Source of the DNA: a virus | Taxonomy: Duplodnaviria; Heunggongvirae; Uroviricota; Caudoviricetes | DNA length: 51,583 bases | IMG/VR virus record: IMGVR_UViG_2512047041_000005 | Coordinates: 1 to 51,583 of that record | Reading direction: 5' to 3' (one strand) | Translations under genes and position numbers: made by a program | Shown here: positions 1 to 9,838 of the stretch, piece after piece | Layout: each line of letters starts with the position of its first letter | Numbering within the stretch: the first letter of the stretch is position 1 | Notes under the pieces: generated by a model | Database searches by the model: none | Told to the model about the DNA's origin: nothing | The model's input: the letters and a program-made list of their open reading frames with translations, nothing else

Positions 1-1143
1 CTATGCTGTTTTGATATCTACGATAATCCAGTCTTTACCACGATCATCATTGTATCGGTCGGTCATTTTTCTGGATTTATGGCCTAACAACTTTTGCGTA
101 TCCAGACCCTGTTCCCGATATAACCGTTCTGACAGAGATCGCTGCTCATGAAATGTGGGCGCAGTTCCTGGCTCCCATTTTATGCCACATTTTTCCCTGG
201 CCTTTTTAAAAGCCGTTGTAAGAGTATTTGCAGAAACCTGGTCTCCTCTGTTTGCTTGAGAGGTAGTGTGACGGTAATGGACCAGATATTTACTAACAAC
301 AGCATCCCTGCACTGAGATATAACTTCACGAAGGGTAATATTCAGAGCATCGCATTTCAGGCTAAGCGGAATAGCAAGTTTTGAACCGGTTTTTTCCTGA
401 GTAATGTGCAACATGTCGTCCCATATATCAGAGAATTTCAAATTGCAGATATCGCCTAAACGTTGTCCAGTAACAAGAGCAAGTAGCATGCCGCATTTTA
501 AATAGGGCTGCCGTCTGCTTACGCTTTCAAATATTGCCTGCCATTCGGGCAGTGATAATCTTTGGCGGTTTACTCGATTTCGCGGTTGTTTTGTTGCCTG
601 CGCTGGGTTAAATCCTGGCGGAACATGTCCTGCGTGTTGTGCTTCTTTGAAGACGTCGATCAACACCATTCTCACGACTTGCGCCATCCTGTTATGACCT
701 TCAGCCTTTACAGCATCAATTATTTCGGCAATATCAAGTGCGGTAATATCCTTGAGGTGTTGCATTCCACAATGCTCACGGAAAAGACGAATGGGTTTAC
801 CTTTTTGCCGATAGGAGTTGGGTTTTAGTTCATTATGTTGCAGCCTGTCCTCCTGGATAGAAATATATTTATCAAGCCATTCTGTCACCGTAATGTCTGA
901 GCGCCTGCCTTTCATTCTTTCTAGACGCTCATTGACGCTTAATATTTGTCGGGTACGTTGTTCAGCAATAATGGTATTTGCTTCAGTAGCAACTTGTTTT
1001 GCTTCATTCTCATCAGTTCCTAAGCTATGAAAACGACCGGATAGTGGATGTTTGTATTGCCAATATACCTTTCCGGTTCGCTTATCTAATTTGCAATATA
1101 AATTGGGTATAGAGATTTTGTGAGATCGGGGTCTAGCAGCCAT
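1..1143 (-). CDS. int: Lambdoid tyrosine integrase
   Basis: 380-aa ORF at the prophage left edge; C-terminal catalytic region (HEQRSLSERLY...LGHKSRKMTDRY) typical of lambda-family integrases; xis overlaps its start. Confidence 0.9.
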   Translation of the reverse strand: MAARPRSHKISIPNLYCKLDKRTGKVYWQYKHPLSGRFHSLGTDENEAKQVATEANTIIAEQRTRQILSVNERLERMKGRRSDITVTEWLDKYISIQEDRLQHNELKPNSYRQKGKPIRLFREHCGMQHLKDITALDIAEIIDAVKAEGHNRMAQVVRMVLIDVFKEAQHAGHVPPGFNPAQATKQPRNRVNRQRLSLPEWQAIFESVSRRQPYLKCGMLLALVTGQRLGDICNLKFSDIWDDMLHITQEKTGSKLAIPLSLKCDALNITLREVISQCRDAVVSKYLVHYRHTTSQANRGDQVSANTLTTAFKKAREKCGIKWEPGTAPTFHEQRSLSERLYREQGLDTQKLLGHKSRKMTDRYNDDRGKDWIIVDIKTA

Positions 1144-1369
1144 CAGCGATTATCCGTTGGAGTTTTGGGTTTGCGTTTATTGGGAGTTGCGGTTCTGCAA
1201 GCGTTCCTACAAAACGGGAATTTCGGTCAATCATCCAGTAGCGACCAACTTTTATAGCGGGTGGGGCCATCATTTTCCCTTGCGCGTATTTTTTCAGAAC
1301 TCGCTCACTTGGTGCTAAGTCCCCAAATTCTTCTTTAGCCCAGTCCTGTAAAGTGATTAGTCGAGACAT
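1133..1369 (-). CDS. xis: Excisionase-like protein
   Basis: 78-aa ORF overlapping int start by 11 nt, ATG preceded by GAGGAGGA; resembles excisionase-like proteins of lambdoid prophages. Confidence 0.7.
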   Translation of the reverse strand: MSRLITLQDWAKEEFGDLAPSERVLKKYAQGKMMAPPAIKVGRYWMIDRNSRFVGTLAEPQLPINANPKLQRIIADGC

Positions 1370-1508
1370 TTGTCCTCCTCTTAGCTGCTGAGGGAGTTTG
1401 TGACCGATATATCTGACATGATATTAAGCTCATGGCAGGTACATCTCTTGACTGGTCATAGAGATAAATTTAATGCTGAGAAATGCAGTATTGAATTTAT
1501 CAATTTTT

Positions 1509-1748
1509 CTATTTCCTGCGTATGGCACGTAACTTCTTAATGTGTTCTGCTGTATCGATCTCTTCGGCTATCCGATCTGCATCAGCTTTATTCACAGGTT
1601 CAAAGTCATGATTAAAGCGGAACATGCTGGCGATACATGTTCTGCCTTTTTGGATGTAGTGAACTTTGTTGTGGGTAGAACGCAGGATTTTGCAGGGAGT
1701 GCCGTGGTGGTCGACGTACCAGGTGTTAGGAAAAATGATTCTGAACAT
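1509..1748 (-). CDS. Hypothetical early-region protein
   Basis: 79-aa ORF in the xis-exo leftward operon; no recognisable motif. Confidence 0.45.
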   Translation of the reverse strand: MFRIIFPNTWYVDHHGTPCKILRSTHNKVHYIQKGRTCIASMFRFNHDFEPVNKADADRIAEEIDTAEHIKKLRAIRRK

Positions 1749-1795
1749 TTTTACACCTCAGTTGGACGATGTTGAAATTTGCTGCTTTGAGGCCA

Positions 1796-2014
1796 TTACA
1801 ATCCCCATTGTTTGTTCTTAAGTTCGATCTCCTCCTGGCAACTTGCACAAGTCCGACAACCCTGAACGGCCAGGCGTCTTCGCTCATCTATGGGATCGCC
1901 ACACTCACAACAATGAGTGGCAGATATAGCCTGGTGGTTCAGGCGGCGCATTTTTATTGCTGTGTTGCGCTGTAATTCTTCAATTTCTGATGCTGAATCA
2001 ATGATGTCTGCCAT
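1796..2014 (-). CDS. TraR/DksA-family C4 zinc-finger protein
   Basis: 72 aa with CCECG...C..C zinc-ribbon pattern typical of phage TraR-like proteins. Confidence 0.65.
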   Translation of the reverse strand: MADIIDSASEIEELQRNTAIKMRRLNHQAISATHCCECGDPIDERRRLAVQGCRTCASCQEEIELKNKQWGL

Positions 2015-2112
2015 CTTCCATTAATCCCTGAATTGTTGGTTAATACGCTTGAGGGTGAATGCGAATAATAGAAAAGGAGCCTGTAGCTCCCTGATGATTT
2101 TGCTTTTCATGT

Positions 2113-2328
2113 TCACCGTTCCTTAAAAACGCCGTTTAACATGCCGATCGCTAGGCTTAAATGAGTCGGTGTGAATCCCATCAGCGTTACCGTTTCGCGG
2201 TGCTTCTTCAGTACGCTACGGCAAATGTCATCGACGTTTTTATCCGGAAACTGCTGTCTGGCTTTTTTGATTTCACAATTAGCCTGACGGGCAATGCTGC
2301 GAAGGGCGTTATTATGTTCTATTGTCAT
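2113..2328 (-). CDS. Hypothetical protein (71 aa from internal ATG)
   Basis: Starts 8 nt downstream of the stop of the 250-aa ORF; the upstream part of the 117-aa track ORF overlaps that gene. Confidence 0.4.
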   Translation of the reverse strand: MTIEHNNALRSIARQANCEIKKARQQFPDKNVDDICRSVLKKHRETVTLMGFTPTHLSLAIGMLNGVFKER

Positions 2329-2335
2329 ATTGGCC

Positions 2336-3088
2336 TCACACTTCGAATGCCAGCTGAGGGGTAAAGACGTCCCGTTCAGCGTTGTAATTAAGTGAACTGG
2401 CACTGTTGAATGATTCAATGCGTTCCACAAGAACTTGCGTACGGGTTTCTTTACTTGCGGGAGCATATGGCGAACCTACCCAGGATTTGTCGATGCCTAT
2501 ATTTCTTGCGACGTTCGTGCTGTCTGCAGACGAAAGCGGTACATGAGTAAAAATGTCTTTATTTAACATCCGTAACCCATGAATCTTGGTGATTGGGTAG
2601 CCGTACTGATCTACAACATGACGTATAAGATCGCGTAGTTTAGCCCGACACGCTCTCGGTCGTTTTGCATCGTATTCCCCCATCGAGCCGATGCAGACGC
2701 GGGGAAACTCATGGCACAGACGAATAAATCGCTCATCTGGTTCGTTCATGTGCCACACCGGAGCACCAATAAATTTACCGTGAGGCCATGCCGCAATCAG
2801 GGCGTCATTCTCTTCACTGGTTCCGCCGATAACATCCGGGATAACCGCGAATGAGAAACGAGGGTGATTACCCCAGCGTTCAACAAATCTGTAATATTCA
2901 TTCCAGTCTACGGCCTTGTTTTTTGTCCAGAATGTGAATGCACCATTATCAAGAGCAAATGATTGGGTGACTTCGGAAGCCAGATCAATCTGAGCTGGAT
3001 TAGCAAAACTGATGAATGCGTGTCTGCCTTTCCAGGCTTTCAACGCACAGGTATCGGGAGTTATTGGACCACCGTGAAAATGAATCAT
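2336..3088 (-). CDS. Hypothetical 250-aa protein, possible TGT/DpdA-like enzyme (speculative)
   Basis: Translationally coupled to upstream ORF (ATGA overlap); contains D-N-G-A-F reminiscent of the D-S-G-G-F motif of tRNA-guanine transglycosylases; assignment unverified. Confidence 0.55.
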   Translation of the reverse strand: MIHFHGGPITPDTCALKAWKGRHAFISFANPAQIDLASEVTQSFALDNGAFTFWTKNKAVDWNEYYRFVERWGNHPRFSFAVIPDVIGGTSEENDALIAAWPHGKFIGAPVWHMNEPDERFIRLCHEFPRVCIGSMGEYDAKRPRACRAKLRDLIRHVVDQYGYPITKIHGLRMLNKDIFTHVPLSSADSTNVARNIGIDKSWVGSPYAPASKETRTQVLVERIESFNSASSLNYNAERDVFTPQLAFEV

Positions 3089-3243
3089 ACACTCTCCCGT
3101 TTATTATTTATCTCCTCAGCCAGTCGCTGGGCTTTCAGCGGATTTCGGATAACAGAAGGCCCGGGAAATACCCAGCCTCGCTTTGTAACGGAGTAGACGA
3201 AAGTGATCGCACCTACCCGGATATTATCGTGAGGATGCTTCAT
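3085..3243 (-). CDS. Small ORF (52 aa), lambda orf60a-like
   Basis: [19 protein letters not shown]...; ATGA overlaps with exo stop upstream and the 250-aa ORF downstream. Confidence 0.4.
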   Translation of the reverse strand: MKHPHDNIRVGAITFVYSVTKRGWVFPGPSVIRNPLKAQRLAEEINNKRESV

Positions 3244-3920
3244 CGCCATTGCTCCCCAAATACAAAACCAATTTCAGCCAGTGCCTCGTCCATTTTTTCG
3301 ATGAACTCCGGCACCATCTCGTCAAAACTCGCCATGTACTTTTCATCCCGCTCAACCACGACATAATGCAGTCCTTCACGCTTCATACGCGGGTCATAGT
3401 TGGCAAAGTACCAGGCATCTTTTCGCGTCACCCACATGCTGTACTGCACCTGGGCCATGTAAGCTGACTTTATGGCCTCGAAACCACCGAGCCGGAACTT
3501 CATGAAATCCCGGGAGGTAAACGGGCATTTCAGTTCAAGGCCGTTGCCGTCACTGCATAAACCATCTGGAGAGCAGGCGGTACGCATACTTTCGTCGCGA
3601 TAGATGATCGGGGATTCAGTAACATTCACGCCGGAAGTGAACTCAAACAGGGCTCTGGCGTCGTTCTCGTACTGTTTTCCCCAGGCCAGCGCTTTAGCGT
3701 TAACTTCCGGAGCCACACCGGTGCAAACCTCAGCAAGCAGGGTGTGGAAGTAGGACATTTTCATGTCAGGCCACTTTTTTCCGGAGCGGGGTTTTGCTAT
3801 TACGTTATGAACTTCTGAAGCTGTGATGACGCCGAGCCGTAATTTGTACCACGCATCATCCCCCTGTTCGACAGCTCTCACGTCGATCCCGGTACGCTGC
3901 AGGATAATGTCCGGTGTCAT
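3240..3920 (-). CDS. exo: Lambda exonuclease (Red alpha)
   Basis: 226 aa, near-identical to lambda Exo as remembered ([24 protein letters not shown]...GFVFGEQWR). Confidence 0.95.
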   Translation of the reverse strand: MTPDIILQRTGIDVRAVEQGDDAWYKLRLGVITASEVHNVIAKPRSGKKWPDMKMSYFHTLLAEVCTGVAPEVNAKALAWGKQYENDARALFEFTSGVNVTESPIIYRDESMRTACSPDGLCSDGNGLELKCPFTSRDFMKFRLGGFEAIKSAYMAQVQYSMWVTRKDAWYFANYDPRMKREGLHYVVVERDEKYMASFDEMVPEFIEKMDEALAEIGFVFGEQWR

Positions 3921-4702
3921 GCTGCCACCTTCTGCTCTGCGGCTTTCTGTTTCAGGAATCCAAGAGCTTTTACTGCTTCGGCCTGTGTCAGTTCTGACGA
4001 TGCGCGAATGTCGCGGCGAAATATCTGGGAACAGAGCGGCAATAAGTCGTCATCCCATGTTTTGTCCAGGGCAATCAGCAGAGTGTTAATCTCCTGCATG
4101 GTTTCATCGTTAACCGGAGTGATGTCGCGTTCCGGCTGGCGTTCTGCAGTGTATGCGGTATTTTCGACAATGCGCTCGGCTTCATCCTTGTCATAGATAC
4201 CAGCAAATCCGAAGGCCAGGCGGGCACACTGAATCATGGCTTTATGCCGTAACATCCGTTTGGGATGCGACTGCCACGGGCCGGTGATTTCTCTGCCTTC
4301 GCGGGTTTTGCATGGTTCGCGGCGGCATTCATCCATCCACTCGGTAACGCAGATCGGATGATTGCGGTCTTTGCGGTAAATCCGGCATGTACATGATTCA
4401 TTGTCCTGCTCAAAGTCCATACCATCAAACTGCTGGTTTTCATTGATGATGCGGGACCAGCCATCAACGCCCACCACCGGAACAATGCCGTTCTGCTTAT
4501 CAGGGAAGGCGTAAATTTCTTTCGTCCACGGATTAAGGCCGTACTGGTTGGCGACGATCAACAATGCGATGAACTGCGCATCGCTGGCATCACCTTTAAA
4601 TGCCGTCTGGCGAAGAGTGGTGATCAGTTCCTGTGGGTCGACAGAATCCATGCCGACACGTTCAGCCAGCTTCCCTGCCAGCGTTGCGAGTGCTGTACTC
4701 AT
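3917..4702 (-). CDS. bet: Red beta single-strand annealing protein
   Basis: 261 aa, lambda Bet-like ([48 protein letters not shown]...). Confidence 0.95.
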   Translation of the reverse strand: MSTALATLAGKLAERVGMDSVDPQELITTLRQTAFKGDASDAQFIALLIVANQYGLNPWTKEIYAFPDKQNGIVPVVGVDGWSRIINENQQFDGMDFEQDNESCTCRIYRKDRNHPICVTEWMDECRREPCKTREGREITGPWQSHPKRMLRHKAMIQCARLAFGFAGIYDKDEAERIVENTAYTAERQPERDITPVNDETMQEINTLLIALDKTWDDDLLPLCSQIFRRDIRASSELTQAEAVKALGFLKQKAAEQKVAA

Positions 4703-4707
4703 CCGTT

Positions 4708-5004
4708 TTATACCTCTGAATCAATATCAGCCTGATGGTGAGCAATGGTTTCAACTATGTACCGGATGTGTTCTGCCATGCGCTCCTGAAACTCAACATC
4801 GTCATCAAACGCACGGGTAATGGCTTTTTTGCTGGCCCCGTGGCGTTGTAAATGATCGATGCATAGCGATTCAAACAGGTGCTGGGGCAGGCCTTTTTCC
4901 ATGTCGTCTGCCAGTTCTGCCTCTTTCTCTTCACGGGCGATCTGCTGGTAGTGACGCGCCCAGCTCTGAGCCTCAAGACGATCCTGAATGTAATAAGCGT
5001 TCAT
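4708..5004 (-). CDS. gam: Gam (RecBCD inhibitor), short form
   Basis: 98 aa [31 protein letters not shown]...; matches lambda GamS; upstream [13 protein letters not shown] is in another frame. Confidence 0.9.
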   Translation of the reverse strand: MNAYYIQDRLEAQSWARHYQQIAREEKEAELADDMEKGLPQHLFESLCIDHLQRHGASKKAITRAFDDDVEFQERMAEHIRYIVETIAHHQADIDSEV

Positions 5005-5079
5005 GGCTGAACTCCTGAAAATGGCTGTGAAAATATCGCCCGCGAAATGCCAGGCTGATTAGGAAAACAGGAAAGGGGG

Positions 5080-5223
5080 TTAGTGAATGCTTTTGCTTGA
5101 TCTCAGTTTCAGTATTAATATCCATTTTTTATAAGCGTCGACGGCCTCACGAAACATCTTTTCATCGCCAATAAAAGTGGCGATAGTGAATTTAGTCTGG
5201 ATAGCCATAATTGTTTGATCCAT
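5080..5223 (-). CDS. kil: Kil (host division inhibitor)
   Basis: 47 aa from internal ATG: [47 protein letters not shown], as lambda Kil. Confidence 0.8.
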   Translation of the reverse strand: MDQTIMAIQTKFTIATFIGDEKMFREAVDAYKKWILILKLRSSKSIH

Positions 5224-5356
5224 TTTTTGGGACTCCTGGCTGATTGAGTATGTCGATAAGGCGTTTCCATCCGTCACGTAATTTACGGGTGATTCGTTCA
5301 AGTAAAGATTCGGAAGGGCAGCCAGCAACAGGCCACCCTGCAATGGCATATTGCAT
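5192..5356 (-). CDS. cIII: cIII (FtsH inhibitor)
   Basis: 54-codon ORF below the track's 60-aa cut-off: [54 protein letters not shown], overlapping kil start as in lambda. Confidence 0.7.
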   Translation of the reverse strand: MQYAIAGWPVAGCPSESLLERITRKLRDGWKRLIDILNQPGVPKNGSNNYGYPD

Positions 5357-5428
5357 GGTGTGCTCCTTATTTATACATAACGAAAAACGCCTCGAGTGAA
5401 GCGTAATTGGTATGCGGTAACGCCGCGC

Positions 5429-5797
5429 TCAGGCGGCCTTGATAGTCATATCATCTGAATCAAATATTCCTGATGTATCGATATCGGTAATTCTTATTCC
5501 TTCACTACCATCCATTGGAGGCCATCCTTCCTGACCATTTCCATCATTCCAGTCGAACTCACACACAACACCATATGCATTTAAGTCGCTTGAAATTGCT
5601 ATAAGCAGAGCATGTTGCGCCAGCATGATTAATACAGCATTTAATACAGAGCCGTGTTTATTGAGTCGGTATTCAGAGTCTGACCAGAAATTATTAATCT
5701 GGTGAAGTTTTTCCTCTGTCATTACGTCATGGTCAATTTCAATTTCTATTGATGCTTTCCAGTCGTAATCAATGATGTATTTTTTGATGTTTGACAT
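5429..5797 (-). CDS. ea10: Ea10-like protein
   Basis: 122 aa MSNIKKYIIDYDWKASIEIEIDHDVMTEEK...; position after cIII as in lambda. Confidence 0.8.
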   Translation of the reverse strand: MSNIKKYIIDYDWKASIEIEIDHDVMTEEKLHQINNFWSDSEYRLNKHGSVLNAVLIMLAQHALLIAISSDLNAYGVVCEFDWNDGNGQEGWPPMDGSEGIRITDIDTSGIFDSDDMTIKAA

Positions 5798-5917
5798 CTA
5801 TTCATATCCTCATAGATAAAAAATCGCCCTCACACTGGAGGGCAAAGAAGATTTCCAATAATCTGAACCGCCCCGGGAATCCTGGAGACTAAACTTCCTG
5901 AGAAAGAGGTAAACAGG

Positions 5918-6244
5918 ATGACTAAAAATACTCGTTTTTCCCCCGAAGTCCGTCAACGGGCAGTCCGTATGGTTCTGGAAAGTCAGAGCGAATATGACTC
6001 ACAATGGGCGACAATTTGTTCCATTGCTCCAAAGATTGGCTGTACGCCGGAGACTCTGCGTGTCTGGGTTCGCCAGCATGAGCGGGATACCGGGGGCGGT
6101 GATGGAGGGCTCACCACCGCTGAACGTCAGCGTCTGAAAGAGCTGGAACGTGAAAATCGTGAACTGCGCCGCAGTAACGATATCCTTCGCCAGGCTTCCG
6201 CTTATTTTGCGAAGGCGGAGTTCGACCGCCTCTGGAAAAAATGA
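5918..6244 (+). CDS. IS629 transposase OrfA
   Basis: 108 aa HTH/leucine-zipper OrfA ([50 protein letters not shown]...). Confidence 0.9.
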   Translation: MTKNTRFSPEVRQRAVRMVLESQSEYDSQWATICSIAPKIGCTPETLRVWVRQHERDTGGGDGGLTTAERQRLKELERENRELRRSNDILRQASAYFAKAEFDRLWKK

Positions 6245-7131
6245 TGCCACTGCTGGATAAGCTGCGTGAGCAGTACGGGGTCGGACCGCTATGCAGCGAA
6301 CTGCATATTGCCCCGTCAACGTATTACCACTGTCAGCAACAGCGACATCATCCGGATAAACGCAGTGCCCGTGCGCAGCGCGATGACTGGCTGAAGAAAG
6401 AGATACAGCGCGTATACGATGAAAATCACAAGGTATACGGTGTGCGTAAAGTCTGGCGTCAGTTGTTACGGGAAGGTATCAGAGTGGCCAGATGCACTGT
6501 GGCACGTCTCATGGCGGTTATGGGACTTGCCGGTGTTCTCCGGGGTAAAAAGGTCCGTACGACCATCAGCCGGAAAGCCGTTGCCGCAGGCGACCGCGTA
6601 AACCGTCAGTTCGTGGCAGAACGACCTGACCAGCTGTGGGTGGCTGATTTTACTTACGTCAGCACATGGCGGGGCTTCGTCTATGTGGCGTTCATCATTG
6701 ATGTGTTTGCCGGATACATCGTGGGGTGGCGGGTCTCATCGTCCATGGAAACGACATTCGTGCTGGATGCACTGGAGCAGGCGTTATGGGCCCGTCGACC
6801 GTCCGGCACGGTCCATCACAGTGATAAAGGTTCTCAGTATGTATCGCTGGCCTACACACAGCGGCTTAAGGAAGCCGGATTACTGGCATCAACAGGAAGT
6901 ACAGGCGACTCGTATGACAACGCGATGGCGGAGAGCATCAATGGTCTTTACAAAGCGGAGGTAATACACCGTAAGAGCTGGAAAAACCGTGCAGAAGTGG
7001 AACTGGCCACACTCACGTGGGTGGACTGGTATAACAATCGACGATTGCTGGAAAGGCTGGGCCATACTCCTCCGGCAGAAGCAGAAAAAGCTTATTATGC
7101 TTCCATCGGAAACGATGATCTGGCAGCCTGA
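6241..7131 (+). CDS. IS629 transposase OrfB (DDE catalytic domain)
   Basis: 296 aa rve-type integrase core; overlaps orfA as in IS3-family frameshift pairs. Confidence 0.9.
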   Translation: MMPLLDKLREQYGVGPLCSELHIAPSTYYHCQQQRHHPDKRSARAQRDDWLKKEIQRVYDENHKVYGVRKVWRQLLREGIRVARCTVARLMAVMGLAGVLRGKKVRTTISRKAVAAGDRVNRQFVAERPDQLWVADFTYVSTWRGFVYVAFIIDVFAGYIVGWRVSSSMETTFVLDALEQALWARRPSGTVHHSDKGSQYVSLAYTQRLKEAGLLASTGSTGDSYDNAMAESINGLYKAEVIHRKSWKNRAEVELATLTWVDWYNNRRLLERLGHTPPAEAEKAYYASIGNDDLAA

Positions 7132-7173
7132 GTTCACAGATAAAACACTCTCCAGGAAACCCGGGGCGGTTCA

Positions 7174-7295
7174 AAATGATGGGTGATGGTTTCCTTTGGT
7201 GTTACTGCTGTAGGTTTGTTTCCAACAGTAAACGTCTGTTGAGCACATCCTGTAATAAGCATTGCCAGAGCGGCAGAAAACAACATTTTTTTCAT
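7174..7295 (-). pseudogene. bor: bor lipoprotein gene, 3'-truncated by IS629
   Basis: MKKMLFSAALAMLITGCAQQTFTVGNKPTAVTPKETITHHF then reading runs into the IS629 terminal repeat; lambda Bor-like signal peptide and lipobox. Confidence 0.75.
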
Positions 7296-7775
7296 CTTAT
7301 TATCCTGCATTGTTAAAAACGGCAGAATCCTATGTGACAACAATTAAACGATAGTTAAATGGATTGATGAAAATTAAAACTACACAGGTGGGCTCAGACT
7401 ATTGGAGGAAGTTGGGGACACTCAGAATCCTGTGGAATGAAATAAACCGGTCTATCCGTCCATTACCCTTTTAGCTGCGCTGTATCGTCGCCGTATTCCC
7501 GCATTAACCATGACCGTAGCCCGACGGGGAATTCCTTCTGCGTGAGTGTGCGGGAATAATTAAAAACGATGCACACCGGGTTTTTACCGCGTTAATGATT
7601 CGCGGGTTTATCCCGGTGCGATGGTGGAAGAAACAGGAAGCTGTATTACAGAAAGTGCTACTACTGTATCCCGATGCGATGTATGTAATGTGAGTCAGAT
7701 AATGGCACAGGATGTGGTGATGTGGCAGTCTGGAACACAGGATATATTGTCAGAATAAGACCCGTAGGAATAAAA

Positions 7776-8102
7776 ATGAAAAGACGCCTTTTACTACTTT
7801 TTCTGTTATCTGTCCTGGCAGTGGGATGCTCGCAGCAAAAAGCTGATGAGCCCCGGCAATTAGTGACGGTGTATCCACGATATCCGGAATATGCTGCAGC
7901 AAATTATATCAAGGGGCTGGTTGAGGTTAAGTTCGATATTGGTGCTGATGGGACTGTGACACGGATCGTTTTTCTCCGCTCAGAGCCTCATAATTTGTTT
8001 CGTGATGAAGTGGTGAAGGCCATGGCGAAATGGCGATTTGAAAAGAATCGCCCCTGTCAGGGAGTGAAGAGACAATTTATCTTTACGCCGTCACGTCCTT
8101 GA
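7776..8102 (+). CDS. Lipoprotein with TonB C-terminal-like domain
   Basis: MKRRLLLLFLLSVLAVGC lipobox; C-terminal YPEYAAANYIKGLVEVKFDIGADGTVT resembles TonB/TolA C-terminal fold. Confidence 0.5.
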   Translation: MKRRLLLLFLLSVLAVGCSQQKADEPRQLVTVYPRYPEYAAANYIKGLVEVKFDIGADGTVTRIVFLRSEPHNLFRDEVVKAMAKWRFEKNRPCQGVKRQFIFTPSRP

Positions 8103-8465
8103 TGCTTCCAGGTAGAGAGGGGCTGGAAGCAGGAGAAAAATGAAAGAGCCAGCGGTTATATTTTTGTCATGGCTGACGAGGAATGATGGAAGAAGGCGTT
8201 GTATGCCACACAACGCCTCACTGTTCATTTCTTCTTTTTCTCTGGTGGAACCCGATGAATAAGAGTTGCACTGGTTTCCGATGAGATGGCGATATACTCG
8301 GGCAAAGTATGCTGGCAGTTTTCCAACTGGTCAAAAATACCTGCTCTCGTCTGTTGCAATGCCTGCAGCATGCGGCGGCAATGCGCCTTGCTTTTACTAA
8401 CCATCTTTCCTTCCTCTATCAGTCGCTGCGTGAACTCATCATGGAATACCAGGTAAATGCGGATG

Positions 8466-8717
8466 TTATCGGTTTTGGCTACGCAGCATAGTACAAAACG
8501 GACAGGTGCATCCCGGGACGGGGGAGGCGTCACATGTCCCTGTGATGGTTGTTCCGGGTAATGTACTGTGTGGGGCATAAAAATGTCCGATAATTTTACT
8601 TTCTACCGCAGTTAGTTGATTCGTTGGTCCTGGTAGCACATTGGGCGAGGATTTAAATGCCAGGCAACTGAAGGATGATGTCGCAAGGGAGATAGCGAGA
8701 ATATTTCTGATTTTCAT
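8466..8717 (-). CDS. Small secreted cysteine-containing protein (83 aa)
   Basis: Signal peptide MKIRNILAISLATSSFSCLA; mature part has TGTCDASPVPGCTCPFC; overlaps an alternative ORF 8225-8578. Confidence 0.35.
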   Translation of the reverse strand: MKIRNILAISLATSSFSCLAFKSSPNVLPGPTNQLTAVESKIIGHFYAPHSTLPGTTITGTCDASPVPGCTCPFCTMLRSQNR

Positions 8718-8859
8718 TTGATGATGCCTCTGTGTGAAATGACGGTAAACGACGCACTTGTGCCGGCACATAATAGCAAGCACCATAATAGATCAGATTC
8801 GATTCTTGCTGTAAGTGATAATTATTCTCGTTTTCGGGTCCTTTCCGTCGATCCAACAG

Positions 8860-9052
8860 GTTACGGGGCGGCGACCTCGCGGTTTTTCACTATTTATGAA
8901 AATTTTTCAGGGAAAATCGTGTCGGTACTTCTCGAATATAACTTTTTGTTTTTTTAATATTGCATCCGTAAAGGTCCGACATGAAAGTGTCCGAAAATGC
9001 CTTTTTCTGGCGTTTTCATGTCGGGCCTTGTATTTGATAATGGGTTGTTTTC
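8860..9052 (+). other. Lambda-type cos site (cosN and cosB region)
   Basis: GGGGCGGCGACCTCGCGGTTTTTCACTATTTATGAAAATTTTT matches the lambda cohesive-end region as remembered; lies just upstream of Nu1. Confidence 0.7.
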
Positions 9053-9601
9053 ATGAAGGTTAATAAAAAGAGGCTTGCCGAAATTTTCAACGTGGACCCG
9101 CGGACGATTGAACGCTGGCAGTCTCAGGGACTCCCTTGCGCCTCCAAAGGTAGTAAGGGCATTGAATCTGTATTTGATACTGCCATGGCAATTCAGTGGT
9201 ATGCGCAGAGGGAAACTGATATCGAAAACGAAAAGCTCCGCAAAGAACTGGACGATTTGCGTGCGGCAGCGGAGTCAGATTTACAACCCGGCACCATTGA
9301 CTATGAACGCTACCGGCTCACAAAAGCGCAGGCAGATGCGCAGGAACTGAAAAATGCCCGTGAAGACGGAGTAGTGCTGGAAACTGAACTGTTTACCTTC
9401 ATTCTGCAACGTGTGGCACAGGAGATTTCGGGGATACTTGTGCGTGTGCCGTTGACATTACAGCGTAAATATCCGGACATTTCACCATCACACCTTGATG
9501 TGGTGAAAACTGAAATCGCGAAAGCCTCCAATGTTGCAGCTAAGGCCGGTGAAAACGTGGGCGGGTGGATCGATGATTTCAGACGCGCAGAAGGCAGCTA
9601 A
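9053..9601 (+). CDS. nu1: Terminase small subunit Nu1
   Basis: 182 aa [28 protein letters not shown]...; strong similarity to lambda Nu1. Confidence 0.9.
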
Positions 9602-9836
9602 TGCAGCCGGTGCGATAGCTACAGGGCTTTTATCTCTCATTATTCCTGTTCCACTGACGACAGTTCAGTGGGCCAATAAACATTATTACCTTCCTAAAGA
9701 GTCGTCTTATACCCCGGGGCGATGGGAAACACTGCCGTTTCAGGTTGGCATCATGAACTGTATGGGCAACGATCTGATTCGCACGGTTAACCTGATTAAA
9801 TCTGCCCGTGTTGGTTATACAAAGAGCGAGAGGTAA
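9573..9836 (+). pseudogene. A: Terminase large subunit A, N-terminal ~87-codon stub
   Basis: WANKHYYLPKESSYTPGRWETLPFQVGIMNCMGNDLIRTVNLIKSARVGY matches lambda gpA N-terminus, then stops; rest of A and all head/tail genes absent. Confidence 0.8.
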
Positions 9837-9838
9837 TT

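Larger units (their letters stand above)
5864..7173 (+). mobile_element. IS629 (IS3 family), 1310 bp
   Basis: Ends TGAACCGCCCCGGGAATCCTGGAGA ... CTCCAGGAAACCCGGGGCGGTTCA; orfA/orfB pair; no matching target duplication (flanks atc / aaa). Confidence 0.9.

Noticed and set aside
5864-7173. Target-site duplication for IS629
   Set aside because: Flanking triplets differ (atc versus aaa); read as evidence of deletion or recombination, not simple insertion.
8225-8578. 117-aa ORF overlapping the secreted-protein candidate
   Set aside because: Overlaps 8466-8717 in another frame with an atypical N-terminus and no ribosome-binding site; only the last ~59 codons might be a separate small gene, unresolved.
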